Assembly: GCA_002633005.1 (NCBI GenBank)
Contig: NMRA01000458.1
Location: 208,260-272,259, forward strand
Direction: 5' to 3'
Length of the DNA: 64,000 nt
Source: Phoronis australis
Taxonomy: Eukaryota; Animalia; Phoronida
The notes below the pieces were generated by a model that made no database searches, was not told the origin of the DNA, and saw nothing but the letters and a program-made list of their open reading frames with translations. This document shows, piece after piece, positions 13,701 through 27,870 of this stretch (positions are counted from its first letter, which is position 1; every line of letters begins with the position of its first letter). The translations under genes were made by a program, and so were the position numbers.

Positions 13701-15813
13701 CTGCAACAGGAACAAATAGCATTGTTACAATTTTCACTTTCTTTCCCTTTATTCGAACACAACATGTTGAAACGGCGTTGGTGAATAATGTCAAACTACC
13801 ATGCCTTCATTCAATTAAATTTAAGCAAGAATGCTTCACACAGTAAGATCAATAGGCAGCAACAAAAACAAGATTGATTTATGAATGGTACCTTTTCAAC
13901 ATAATATTAGTAATTAAAACGAAATTGATAAAAATGTTATTTTGGAAACATTTTTAAGTATATGCTTGAAAATACATGCACTGTAACGTGACTGAATTGT
14001 TAAGCCTCCAGTAAACTGACACTAATCTTAGACATAAAAGTACTACAAATATATTCACGTAATGGACTGATGCATCACCCATAATTACACCATTCCACAA
14101 AATAAGCAGAGCTATGAACAATCGTGCATTATAGTTAAGCTCTAGTAATAACTTTCAGATACTATGCATACACATAGCCATTATGAAAACAACATGTAGA
14201 CATCTTTATTTACTATATTTAGATTGTATTACACTTACATCTACTCAATTCCCTTACTTTTCCTACTACGTCAGATGCACACAGAAATTTGTAATTACTT
14301 TTATTACCTAAAACTGAAAAATTCTATCCGCTAAGTTATTTCATCAATTTTATTTCATCAATCAATTTACATAGTAGATAACATAATTTACGGTAACAAT
14401 TTGAGACAGTGGAAATCTAATTATTTTTCTCAAAGCTTGTACCAAATTTTAGAAATAAACAATATTGGTTGTCCCGAATTCAAGAAATATTTAAAGACAA
14501 ATTTTGAATTGGCAGCTATTTTTGATGATTTCATGTCAGACTTTGTTGATACAAAATGCAGCGTACAACAGTTGAGAAATATGAATATCACAACTTCCTT
14601 TGCCACAATTATCAGAATCTAGAAAATTTGAATTTGACTAGAATTTCAATGTTTTTTTTTAAACGAATCATCAAGGAAGCCAGAAAAGGCTATCATTCCT
14701 TATAACTCTAGCCCCAAACAAGCTTACAAACAACTGGACATTGACTGACAATGATCTTTGATAATTGTAGAATTAATTGAGAAAAATGTTTGAGGTGACA
14801 TTTAGCTCACCATGAAAGAGAGAGACATGAATGAATCACATCTAATTACGCATGTGAACGACTGCTCATTTATGTCACCAGTAACAATTAATTTTCTTGA
14901 CTCAAGCAAACATTGATAGCGAAAAGTCAAGTTTCCCTGTACACGCTAAGGGTTTCTTATCATAAACAAGGCCAACACATCTCACGACAGCAGTGACATC
15001 TGTAGGGCAGTGGTAACATTTCTAAAGACCATGATACCACCCTTCATCAAAACACAAGCAAAAATGGACACAGTTTAAAACTTGGCAGTTATTCAACACT
15101 GCTCCCAGTGTTGTTTCATTAAACCGTTCTACTCAATAAATTAAATCTTACATATACTGCTTACAAATTAACATATTTGAGCTAAATTGAAAGTGCTGTA
15201 CAAGTCATAACAAATATGCCTTAATTTGCTGACTATTATTAGCTCTATCCACCAGACCATGAATTTGAAATGTTTAAGCTAAAACATTTTAACGAGAAAG
15301 TTTGAGCTTAAAACTGCATTCTGTTAACTTGACACTGACTAAAAGGTTTTAATGGCAACTGACAATTGTCGTAGGAAATATTATTAGCCAGTGATAATTG
15401 TGCATCCAATCTTATTAGCTGGCTATATTTGACTGATGCACGTGTATTTGCCTGATGCGACAGCGACATAACATCATTCCGCTCCTATACATGAGTGATC
15501 CTTCTTTTTCAGTGGAAGAAAACCACTATTATGCTTGCCGGTGTGTAATAGTAAGACCACAGCATCAGAAATCACTTTCGCATTATATCCAATTTCTCAT
15601 TCACTCCCTTGCATAGTCACTAGTAAGACCAAGCTCAGAGGAGTAGGAGACACCTTTGTGCAATGCTCGATTGTCTGCCAGTAAAGCCAAGACTCAACCG
15701 GGGTCTCCCCCGGAGCTCAAACCCCTAAGCCATATTGTCTACTATGTGATGTGTTATTTATGTCCTACATCTTAATTTCCAGCAATGAATGCTTCTTACC
15801 AGTTCAATGTACC

Positions 15814-16243
15814 TAAACTACACGGTTAACGGACTCATAAACACGGTCACGGATGCATGAACATGACACGTACCTGCAAACACCGTTCACTGACTAACAA
15901 ACACGGGAACGTACTCACAAAACACGATCCATTCACCCAAATACAAGGGACACGGACTCACATTCACGAAGAAACACGGTTAACGGACCGCTAAACACGG
16001 GTCACCGACTCATCGGCTTCCTGGGTCAGCTGACATCTACATTTTGTCTGTAAACCGTGTTTGGCGGTCCGTTAACCGTGTTTCTTCGTGAAAGTGAGTC
16101 CGTGTCCCGTGTATTTGGGTGAATGGATCGTGTTTTGTATGTCCGTTCCAGTGTTTGTGAGTCAGTGAATGGTGTTAACAGGTACGTGAGTCGTGTTCAT
16201 GCGTCCGTGACCGTGTTTATAAGTCCGTTAACCGCATAGTTTA
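15814..16243. mobile_element. Foldback MITE / long inverted repeat
   Basis: ~185-bp arms (15814-16000 / 16055-16243), highly complementary, ~54-nt spacer, TA at both ends; arms built from AAACACGG motifs. Confidence 0.85.
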
Positions 16244-19200
16244 ATAGTTACCGTGCAGTTGGGATTACAATACCCACATCTGGACGTTTAGGACTGACTT
16301 CTTTTGTTTGGGGATTAGGTAGGTAACTGAGATGGGTTTCAATGATACCCACTGCCTACTAATGACATAATTTTTTCCTACAAACTTTAGATATTGCACA
16401 CTATGAAAACTAAATCCGTCATTGAAAATTGAATTTTTTGATGTTTAATTGGCAAAAATTGGTTAACTACAAAAACTGAAACAATGCAATTGTTGTTCCT
16501 TTGTTGATATGTCCTAATCTCTACTGTCTAACCTGCCTGAGCAACACAGTGGAGTGACTTGGCTTGTGCGCAACACCTGCTAACAGAGTGACCTTAATAC
16601 CCCCAAAAAATGCAGTGAAATCTGATTGGGGGAGAATGTTATCTAATGTCCCAATTAAAACAATTTTCTTTTACAACACAAATTTAAAATATTTCAATAA
16701 AATGTTCAAATTAAAATGCTTTAGGATTCTTGTGTTAATAATGCTACATTCGTCTCTCAACTGTGTGCACAAAACACTAACATTTTCAAGCTAAACTTAA
16801 ACTGTTGTACAAGTCATAATGAATACACTTTGCTCGGTTGACTATTATAATCTTCTCTCTACAATACGGACAAAATTTGACACTACGCTTTAATTTTTTA
16901 TATCAAAAATGATTTTTCCATACCCAAGAAAATGAAAAATCCACCATAAAAAATGTTGATATATAATATGTTTCAGTAAGTAAAAGTATCTTCTATGTGC
17001 CTAATTAGGCAATAACAAATTAATATGAATTCTTGACAATTCTGTATTTGAAGGTGAAGTGTCATATTCGGCCGTATTTCATCTATACCACATTTTCACA
17101 CCAAATCACAGTAGACAGACAGACTGGTATGACAACACCGTGGAAACGCTGGCAGGGTGATCAATCGGAGGAGCCGAATCAATGAAGTGATTTTTCATTA
17201 AGACAGACCATTTCCAGGGACGTAGGCTTTCCCTGTGTGCCAATAGTGAAGTGGCTATCACAACACAACACAACGGGGCACGGAGGAGACTGCAAGTGTT
17301 AGTATTCCATGGTGACAGGGATTTTATGCCAAGCACAAAATTGTAAGAAAATTGGACCAATTGCCAGAGATGGACTCGGAAAATAAACACCAGTTCAAGA
17401 AGAGGTCTGCAATACAACGCGGCAATTAAGTATGTTTGATATGGTGCTTAATAGTGGATCATCACACATTGCATATTGATATGGAATATTTATAATCAAG
17501 GTAAAGTTTTTGCATTAACTTAACAAAATTGTTGAAAATTGGCCATGCAAAGGTTTACAGCATGGGAGCTGTACCTTTTCTGACAAGAGTCAACGTGTTT
17601 AAATATAATTCTTGTAACTGGTTTAGTTCAACAGTATGAAAACATGGCTTTTGAAATAATCAGTAAACTCTTCATAATTGTAGAATGTCATCTAGTAAAG
17701 GAAAAGTGTTCAACACATCATCAGTCAGGATTTCTGAGTTTACCTACTGTGATGATGTGAATCTGACAGACTTGTTCTATACAAGGCTGAAAGCTAGACT
17801 TAAAATTATGCAACTGTTGAGGTTATGTAATATCCAGGCCATGTAAATCATGTGAGAATAAAAATGAAAAGATTTGCTTTCAAATCCACACAACCTCACA
17901 GAGTTGTTTATAAGTGAAAATTCTCAAATTAGGAAGTGAACATAGCCAAATGTGGTTGTTGATCTAAACAAACATGATACTTAATTAATTGAAAATAAGG
18001 AATTAAAAAACATAATGAACAATTAATGTAAAATGTATAGAAAATGACAACTGCTGCATAGACATTTTGTTGCATTAATCAACGCCGCTTGTACACTCCC
18101 AAACTTTCTTTTAAGTTTAGTTGATTTCAAATCAATCAACTGTTCATTCGACAGTACATTTGGTAAAAAAGTCACATCAAAAGTGAAGCAAAGAAATTTC
18201 ATTAAAACACGATTGTGCTAGAGCAGACCACAGACTTTATATCGTCATGGTAACAGAATGAACAGTATGTCATCAAGTCAAATAGACAATTTTTATTATG
18301 AAGGACTAACACAGCTACTCACCATATGTCTTATATCACTTCTTATGCAGTCATTTATTAGCAGATAAAACTCTTCACAGGAAATCACATTTCACGCTCA
18401 TCTTTTATAAAATTTGTGAACTGAGGAACACCTCTTTTAACAAGGGAATATTTATACATATTTCAACACAGCATCAAATTTTACAAATCAACAACATCAA
18501 GTTTCACAGAGAATCACACCTAATTGTTTTTTATAAGCAAAGTTATGCAGTTATTGAAGTGTTTTAATTTTTAATTATACTGATTGATGTCTCTATTTGA
18601 AAAATACTTATTTATAAAGAGTGAATCTCATTACAAATTGCACTGCAAAAAAGTGTAAAACAAGGTGTTATGCACTGTTCATCATTTGTTCACTTCTTCA
18701 TTGGAACTAGTTCAGTAGTAATACTGGGCCTCTAAAAGATTATAGTCCTTTCTACTAAAACTAACTGACTACACATGAAAGCAAACATACACATTGTTTG
18801 ACCATAGTAAGAAAAGATGAACCTTTCATACATCATTTGTTAAAAATGTGTACTGAGATTTTTCAGTTGTGCCCCTGTGCTGGGGCAAAAAATCCTGTTC
18901 ACAACCTGCTGTGACAAGTGTTCAGAATATCTGAAAACAATGACAGACATGTGCTAAGCATGACTAATCAATGGTTACACAATTAATGCATTCAATAATT
19001 AATTTGTTTTACAAACCAGTATTATCCATCAAGGGTCATGACAGAGCCCAGAGCAGTATGGACTGAAATCTATAAACCGCACTGTTGAGATGATTTGAAT
19101 GACAGCAGCAGTGTAGTGCTGTTTGCTAAAAATCACAGCAGTGCTGAACTACAGAAGTGAAAGGTGTTGACAGTGTATATGTAGGTAGAGTGGAACCACC

Positions 19201-20907
19201 AGGTACTAAGGAATATGACTAGACAGGCATGAAGCGATTTGCTCTCCTGGTCAGAATAAAACAGGATACAATGGATCTAGGAAACTGGATAGATTCAAAA
19301 AACTCAAGGTAACTTTATTTTACTGTAGGCTTTGCAATCAAACACATCAGCCGATTTGAGAAACCACTGAACATTACGACTTTGGTTCCAAAAGTAAGCT
19401 TATGTTTCTATACTTGGGGGAATATTCCGAATTTTAACCGATGAGGCGGCCTTTTATAAAAAGAATTCAGTACTTGATGAAATAATAGCAACTGAACCAT
19501 AAGGCAGAGTAGAACCCAAGAAAAATGTCCAAATTTGGCTAACTTCAGAATACCATATCTCAGAAATGGCTGATGGTATTCATATGAAACTTGTACGTTT
19601 TCTGCACTGTTCCCAAAATGCAATTAGAAACTGTTCCACTTTTTGTGAGAAACAGGTCTTTTATGTTTTATGAGAAACCAAAACTTGCCAAAACGGAAAC
19701 AAAAGAACAATTCTGTAAACTGAAACTGCATTTATGAAATTCCATCTTGAATACTTGTATCATATCTAATACCGTTATTTTACTATAAGTGTGCCTTTCT
19801 TTTTTCTTAAGTTTTACTAATAAGACATGGTGGTCCAATTAATAACAGATTGGTATAACTTAAACTGAAAGACAAATTATACAGGCTGTCTACTGCCAGA
19901 AAAAACAATTACCCAGTTAAAATATGAGTATGTTGGCAGCAAGTTTTCATTAACGCATGAGCCTATTTCTATGTTCTCTTTGTTTTTGCAATGAATATTG
20001 GGCAGGTGTTACGTTGTGTACCTACACAGAGCGTGAGCCATTTCGAACTTATGAGAGGACTCTGAGAAAGCCGGTGTAGTGTTCACCAATAGCACTTGAG
20101 TTAAAATCTATAGTTAAGTAGACACTTGACTCAATACATAGACTTGTCGATAAGGTCCTATATATTAACCTCACAGAGTTTATGGCAACCAGAGAACAAC
20201 ATTTAACTGAAATTAGAAGTAAAACATAAAACAAATGTATTCCGGACGATGAGTAACCATCAATGTGAATTGACGCCATAATTTATAATGTTCACGTCCA
20301 TTATCTAAAAAATTATATGAACAAAATTAAATACAACTGCCGTGAATCTACTTGAAACTGTGTTAAGTATTTTGCAGACAAAAATCTCAAGAATATTCAA
20401 ACGAACTCAGTCCAAAGCCAAAATAATTTCTATCGTTTTCCTATTGAAACCGCAACTCTCATTTTGCGGAATTTCGATCAGAGGGGGAAATATAACTTTC
20501 AGACTTAAACAGCCATTGCAACACCTGTCAAAATAGGTGCATTAAACTGTAGAGCTGAGCAACTCCCACATAACGCCAAAAGTCAACTCCACTCCCATGG
20601 GTGTAATCGCTACAAGTTGCGACATACAACACAGGTACTAAATCGAAAGTACACTCTGATGTCGCTATCGGACACGATTTAGTGGGAAAGGTAAGGGGAG
20701 TTGCTATGGAGTTATGACAGGCCGGACTTTTGCAATTAGGCAAGCGACATTACACTGACATAATCATTAATAGGCACTGCAATGAAAAGTGTGATGTCAC
20801 CGAACTGGATTAGTACAAGAGATTCCACCGCCTTGGTTTTAATTCTCTATGGGTCAAAAACTGTAACTGGGAAAGCATCAATTAAAAGCTATGTTCAGAA
20901 ACAACTG

Positions 20908-21104
20908 AACATGGTTGTAACTTTGTCTATAGCTGCAAATGTTATGTAACAGTATCATTATCGGTCATAGACAGTTAAACATGGTTGTAACTTTGTCTGT
21001 AGCTGTAAATGTTATGTACCAGTATCATTATCGGTCATAGACAGTTAAACATGGTTGTAACTTTGTCTATAGCCTGTAAATGTTATGTACCAGTAATCAT
21101 TATC
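20908..21104. repeat. 70-bp minisatellite, ~2.8 copies
   Basis: aacatggttgtaactttgtct... recurring at 20908, 20978 and 21048. Confidence 0.9.
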
Positions 21105-22208
21105 CTTAGTACGTGGTTTTAGTAGCTAATCGTCAGTGCTATCGTTTTTCGATTCACCCTAGTTAGTGCCTCGCTGCGCCATTTTTTCCGAGAGTTAACA
21201 GTAGCGCCACCTAACTTTTGCAACTGCCATGTTCACAGAGTTACTACAGTTAAACCTCTCACTTGACCACCCTCACACAAGGTAATAACCACGCTGCAGT
21301 TACAATTTTTAAAGCCAGCTTTAAAGTGTTCAGATTGCAATTTATAACCTTTAAACCACTTGCAAAAGTTATAACCACTTTGGTGTGAACAAAGTTTGTA
21401 ATAGTCCGTTTCAGAAACACGTGCTTAAAAAGCTTATCTGTATGGTTCACAGATGTAGCGGCACGTGCTTCAGATTTCACAGTTGCTTTGTAGAATTTTG
21501 GTGGTATGAACTAGTGTGTTAATGTAAGTGAATAGCACACCGCCATATTGTTCGTCTCCAGTAAGGAGAAGTGGCTAGGAGTATGGCATAATCACTTTCC
21601 GTTCCTATCAGTAACTGGTTCCCACTACCACTTTAAATAACAGTAATTCTACAAATGCTTACAGGCCACACCTATTTGCCCATGAAATCGTCCGGTGGTG
21701 AACTGTAAAATTAGAACTTCATATTAGATAAAAAGCAATGGTGGTCACTAATCACATATGATGTATCATAACTAATAGTAAATGGCAGTGTGTAATACAA
21801 ATCAGTAGGATAAGAAATTTCATGCATTTATCACACACAGCTGATGCTGATTTGAAATGAGTGCTGAAATCTGTCTTATAAGGATAACATTTGACAAGCA
21901 TTTCTGTAAACAATCAGCTAAATGATGCAGCCAGCAGCAGTGAAAACAATTACTTTTCTAGCAAGGACTCTATAACATGCATTATCTGTAAAATAACATC
22001 AAATTATTGAGTCTAAGAAAATCACTGTTGAGGTGAATTAGTTTTGATGAGCAGGTTGTGAAGAGTGTATCAATAAATAACAACTCTGTCTAGAGCGGCA
22101 GGTAAATCAAATGATGGTGTATGAATGCGTATAAGAATTATAAGAACATTACTTCCTGAAAGCCCTCAAGTTTTACTTCAGTCTCACATATACGATTTTG
22201 CAGTTGTT

Positions 22209-23337
22209 ACTCTGTGCGTGCAAGCGCAGAGTACTGTTGTTCCTGGGTTTTCTTCAATTTTATTCTTATTCTTATTCTTATTCTTATTCTTCTTATTCTT
22301 CTTCTGACTAACTTTGACACTTAATAACTCCAAAATGGTTGGAGATATGTTCTTCAAATTTAACATTTATTATGATTTTAGACAGTACATAAATTTTGAT
22401 TCATTATAAAATCATATTTCATAAGGCACCGGAAGAGGTCATTTGGTGCAAAGGTCATGTAATTTTCAAAATGCTACTTGTTCTTCATTTTTAAACCTAT
22501 TCTTTTCAAATTCGGTGCACAGGTATAAGTCAGTAGGTCAATTTAAAAACTTACTTTTCTAAGTAATTGGGTCAAACAATCATGTTAAACAGGTCAAAGG
22601 TCATTAGGTGCAAACTAAGATTTTGAGCTAGACAATTCAAATTCACAGGTCTGATTGGCACAGCTAATTCAATTCGGAATCCAAAGTTTCAGGTCATTTA
22701 GTGCAAACCTGGGGTCATTAGGAGCATTTTTCTTCTGAAAATTTGACCTTTTCATTCACCAAGTATTCTGATGTGTCATCTGTTAGACTGTGATTCTCAG
22801 CATTAAACACATTTTTCATGGGCTTTGCAATAATTCTCCTAAAGACGGTTATAATGCACCGGATAGGGTCAATTAGTGCAAAGGTCATCTAACGATCAAA
22901 ATGTTATATCTCACGTTTTTCAAGGAATTCTTTTCAATTTAAGCACACTGGAGTAAGTCAACACGCCAACTGAACACTCTACTTTACTACGCAATAGGCC
23001 TAACCAATCAGAAAAATAGGTCAAAGGTCACTGAGTGCAAACTAAAATTTTGAGCTAGAGACTTCAAAATTACATATCTCTTTACTAAATGCGATTGAAT
23101 TTGAATTCTAAATTTTCAGGTCATTTGGTACACCCATGGGGTCATTAGGTGCATTTTTCTTCTGAAAGTTTGACCAATTAGTGGAAAGGTCATCAAATTA
23201 TTAACATGTAATTTCTCCTACAATTTTAAAGAATTCCTTTTCATATTGGTAAATGGGTTGCTGTTAGTAACTTCCAAAAAAAATTCCAGTAATACGCACG
23301 CGCAGAGTCCATTATTGTGACAATAATATTTCTAGTT
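22209..23337. mobile_element. HINE/DINE-1-like element of a second family
   Basis: Subterminal IR actctgtgcgtgc / gcacgcgcagagt, (TTATTC)n microsatellite, GGTCATTxGGTGCA internal repeats, hairpin attattgtgacaataat then CTAG-TT; absent from the second copy of the duplication. Confidence 0.85.
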
Positions 23338-23920
23338 TAACATGTTACTAATTATACCACATCTGTCCTAACATAAGCTCACAGTCTGGTAACTGGAGAG
23401 CTCTGAAAAACGAGCAGTGCACTTAGCTGCTACACAGGTTCATAAACCCATAGGGTTTACAAATATTCGTGTACAAGCCCATGGGCTTTTTACAAACATT
23501 CATGTATAAGCTGGAATATGAATGATACCCTTAACATGCGCTGGCAATCAATCCATGCAGTTGTGATTTAGCCTGCCAAGTGACAGGATGCTTTTGACAT
23601 GAAGAGCCTCGGTTTGATTTGACGTGGTCCAAATAAAGCAGATAGGCTTCAGACATGAACAAGTAGGATAATACATGAGAATGAACGGAAAATTGGGGGT
23701 GAGATTTTACCCATGGGAAGGGAAACCGCGCCTGACACGGTATAATACAGAATGTAACGCCTTGGTGACATAAAGCAGCCAACACAGATTCGATGAGTTT
23801 GCAAAAAACAAATGGTCATATTAGCCGACAATCGGGTGATTATCGGGAGTGCAGGCCAAGCGTCGGCGTCAAACATAACCAATCACAACTAAATAATCTG
23901 ATGAAAAATTGCCCGACCAT

Positions 23921-24180
23921 GATAGTCATCGGGATAAAGTGAGCAACGCCACATACCAAGGCAACAATTAGCAATGAACAGCTAGTCATCGGGGGTAAAG
24001 TGAGCATCACCCAATATGTGACCAAGGCGTCAGTTAGCAATGAGCAGCTAGCCATCGGGGTAAAGTGAGCATCACCTAATATGTGACCAAGGCGTCACTT
24101 AGCAATGAGCAGCTAGTCATCGGGGTAAAGTGAGCATCTCCCAATATGTGACCAAGGCATCAGTTGGCAATGAGCAGATA
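23921..24180. repeat. ~60-66-bp minisatellite, 4 units (3 units in the second copy at ~25914-26106)
   Basis: gctagtcatcgggg-taaagtgagcatcacccaatatgtgaccaaggc unit. Confidence 0.88.
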
Positions 24181-24527
24181 TAGTTTTCGGATGTATAATG
24201 GCACTTCTTTGGTGTCTTAACAATCTTAAGTGAGATTACAATAACGTTGATGATAAAAGTGGGTTGATACAAGATCATTTTCTAGGTAATCGTGTGGCAT
24301 TGCATTACGTTCACTTGATATTTCGATAGAGTTATTATCTCTATTAATGGAGATACTGTCTGTTTTGATGGAATTATTAACTATTAACAATAGACATACT
24401 ATCTCTACCAATATAGTTACTATCAATTTTTATCGAAAAAGTTTTAACTGTATCAATAGACTTATTAACTCTACTGAAATACCTACTAGTCCTTTGGAAT
24501 GACATATTAAGTCTAGTAAAGAAATAA

Positions 24528-24694
24528 GTCTACCGATAGAGATACTAACTCTGGTCTACCGATAGCGATACTAACTCTGGTCTACCGATAGAGATACTAA
24601 CTCTGGTCTACCGATAGAGATACTAACTCTGGTCTACCGATAGAGATACTAACTCTGGTCTACCGATAGAGATACTAACTCTGGTCTACCGATA
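24528..24694. repeat. 26-bp tandem array running into an assembly gap (N at 24695)
   Basis: gtctaccgatagagatactaactctg x ~6.4. Confidence 0.92.
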
Positions 24695-24695
24695 N

Positions 24696-26482
24696 GCTAG
24701 GAGTATGGCATAATCACTTTCCGTTCCTATCAGTAACTGGTTCCCACTACCACTTTAAATAACAGTAATTCTACAAATGCTTACAGGCCACACCTATTTG
24801 CCCATGAAATCGTCCAGTGGTGAACTGTAAAATTAGAACTTCATATTAGATAAAAAGCAATGGTGGTCACTAATCACATATGATGTACCATAACTAATAG
24901 TAAATGGCAGTGTGTAATACAAATCAGTAGGATAAGGAATTTCATGCATTTATCACACACAGCTGATGCTGATTTGAACTGAGTGTTGAAATCTGACTCA
25001 TAAGGATACCATTTGACAAGCATTTCTGTAAACAATCTGCTAAATGATGCAGTCAGCAGCAGTGAAAACAATTACTTTTCTAGCAAGGACTCTATAACGT
25101 GCATAATCCGTGAAATAACATCAAATTATTGAGTCTAAGAAAATCACTGTTGAGGTGAATTAGTTTTGATGAGCAGGTTGTGAAGAGTGTATCAATAAAT
25201 AACAACTCTGTCTAGAGCGGCAGGTAAATCAAATGATGGTGTATGAATGCGTATAAGAATTATAAGAACATTACTTCCTGAAAGCCCTCAAGTTTTAATT
25301 CAGTCTCACATATAAGATTTTGAAGTTGTTTAACATGTTACTAATTATACCATATCTGTCCTAATATAAGCTCATAGTCTGGTAACTGGAGAGCTCTGAA
25401 AAACGAGCAGTGCACTTAACTGCTACACAGGTGCATAAACCCATAGGGTTTACAAATATTCGTGTACAAGCCCATGGGCTTTTTACAAACATTCATGTAT
25501 AAGCTGGAATATGAATGATACCCTTAACATGCGCTGGCAATCAATCCATGCAGTTGTGATTTAGCCTGCCAAGTGACAGGATGCTTTTGACATGAAGAGC
25601 CTCGGTTTGATTTGACGTAGTCCAAATAAAGCAGATAGGCTTCAGATATAAACAAGTAGGATAATACATGAGAATGAACGGAAAATTGGGGGTGAGATTT
25701 TACCCATGGGAAGGGAAACAGAGCCTGACACGGTATAATACAGAATGTTACGCCTTGGTGACATAAAGCAGCCAACACCGATTCGATGAGTTTGCAAAAA
25801 ACAAATGGTCATATTAGCCGACAATCGAGTGATTATCGGGAGTGCAGGCCAAGCGTCGGCGTCAAACATCACCAATCACAACTAAATAATCTGATGAAAA
25901 ATTGCCCGACCATGATAGTAATCGGGATAAAGTGAGCAACGCCACATACCAAGGCAACAATTAGCAATGAACAGCTAGTCATCGGGTAAAGTGAGCATCA
26001 CCCAATATGTGACCAAGACGTCAGTAAGCAATGAGCAGCTAGTCATCGGAGTAAAGTGAGCATTTCCCAATACGTGACCAAGGCATCAGTTCGCAATGAG
26101 CAGATATAGTTTTTGGATGTATAATGGCACTTCTTTGGTGTCTTAACAATCTTAAGTGAGGTTACAGTAGTGTTGATGATAAAAGAGGGTTGAAACATGA
26201 TCATTTTCTAGGTAATCGTGTGGCATTGCATTACATTCACTTGATATTTCGATAGAGTTATTATCTCTATTAATGGAGATACTGTCTGTTTTGATGGACT
26301 TATGATTAACTATTAACAATAGACATACTATCTCTAGCAATATAGTTACTATCAATCTTCATCGAAAAAGTTATAACTGTATCTATACACTTATTAACTC
26401 TACTGAAATACTAACTAGTCCTTTGGAATGACATATTAAGTCCAGCAAAGAAATAAGTCTAACGATATAGATACTAACTCTA
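24696..26482. repeat. Copy 2 of duplicated segment (empty insertion site)
   Basis: Begins immediately after the N with gctaggagtatggc, identical to 21574. Confidence 0.92.
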
Positions 26483-27381
26483 TGATGGAGATGGTAAGTA
26501 CATACACATAAATTTTCTATCTCTATCGATGGAGTTAGTAACTAAGAAACTATACAATGTGTATCTGTACAGACGGACATAGTTCCTCTGCCAATTAACT
26601 TTAGTTACTAGTCTGTCAACAGAGTAACTAAATGTGTTGATAGAGTTAGTAAGTCTATAAATAGAGTTACTAAGTATCGATAAAGTTACTATCTCTATCA
26701 TAGAGCTCCATCAATAGAGATAGTGAGTATAAGAACACAACTATTAATTCTATTAGTAGACTTAGGACTGAAGAAAAACCCCAAGTTGTCCTTTTACAAC
26801 CACTGTATCTAGGTAATCATAGGGCATTGCAATATGTTCATTACATGATTGTGTTGTGACCATGTTACATTACATTATGATCACTTACTTCAATGAGTTT
26901 AGTTGACTTGAATGATGATTAAACTTTAGACTGTTTCAACATCAATTTATATTTTATAGAGCAGAAACAGCACCTAATCTATAATGAATTGGAAGACTAA
27001 AGAAGAGCCCATTACTAAATGTCAAATGATGAAACTTTTAACAGACAAATGTGCTCTTCAACCGGATACACAACGCAATCAATGTATTAACAATGAATGA
27101 ATTGGGAAGAGGCCACTGATGAAAATGCTCACAAATTTCATAGAGCATTTACCAATTAAAATCCTGCTAATTGCTAGCACAATAACACGAAATCAAAAAT
27201 GTCAAAAATCCACAGCACAAAACAAAAAATTCCAATAACGATAATAACTGCAGCCAAAAAAAATGAGCAGCAAAGTTCTAGTTTTGTTCTTATTATCCAA
27301 AGTCTGAGTCAAAATGATTCACTTCAGGACAACATAAAATCAATGCTATTCTGTGTAGTGAATGTCTCCGACGCAAATTGA

Positions 27382-27474
27382 ATCAATCCGACAGTGACCA
27401 CGTGTACCCTGTAATGTTTACTTCTGATCAATCCGACAGTGACCACGTGTACCCTGTAATGTTTACTTCTGATC
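27382..27474. repeat. 45-bp tandem duplication
   Basis: atcaatccgacagtgaccacgtgtaccctgtaatgtttacttctg x2. Confidence 0.9.
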
Positions 27475-27709
27475 CGCCAACTCAATTGACTTTGTTCTTA
27501 TTGAATCTGTTTAACATCATTTTGTACGATTTGTCATGCAGTCGTTTTTCGCAATGCTAACACCATTTTAACTCAAAGTATCTGATAAGCCATCGAAATG
27601 ACTCAGTGTGAGAGGTACACAAAAATGGATAATACAAAAAGAAAGAACTACAAATACTTAGTGGCCATAAACCTGCATTTCATCCAAGGAGTAAGCTTTT
27701 GATTTAAGT

Positions 27710-27870
27710 TGCTTTCCCATTAGAGGCGAAACTTCGCTTTTACCGAAGTTTTGGTAAGTGGGAAAGGTTAACACCAGTAGTTAATCTACAAGCGAAACTT
27801 TGCTGAAAATATTAGGATTTAATAGTGAAGCTTCGGTACTCACCGAAACTTCGGTGCAGTGGGAAAGTCA
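27710..27870. mobile_element. Short MITE, possibly PIF/Harbinger-like
   Basis: Ends gctttcccatt...agtgggaaagt; internal CGAAACTTCG / CGAAGTT repeats in both orientations. Confidence 0.5.

Larger units (their letters stand above)
21574..24553. repeat. Copy 1 of ~1.8-kb duplicated segment (with a 1.1-kb insertion)
   Basis: Colinear and nearly identical to 24696-26482 apart from the insertion at 22209-23337 and repeat-number changes. Confidence 0.92.

Noticed and set aside
23531-25875. Paired near-identical short ORFs suggesting a duplicated small gene
   Set aside because: A by-product of the segment duplication; no motifs, and mostly non-ATG starts.
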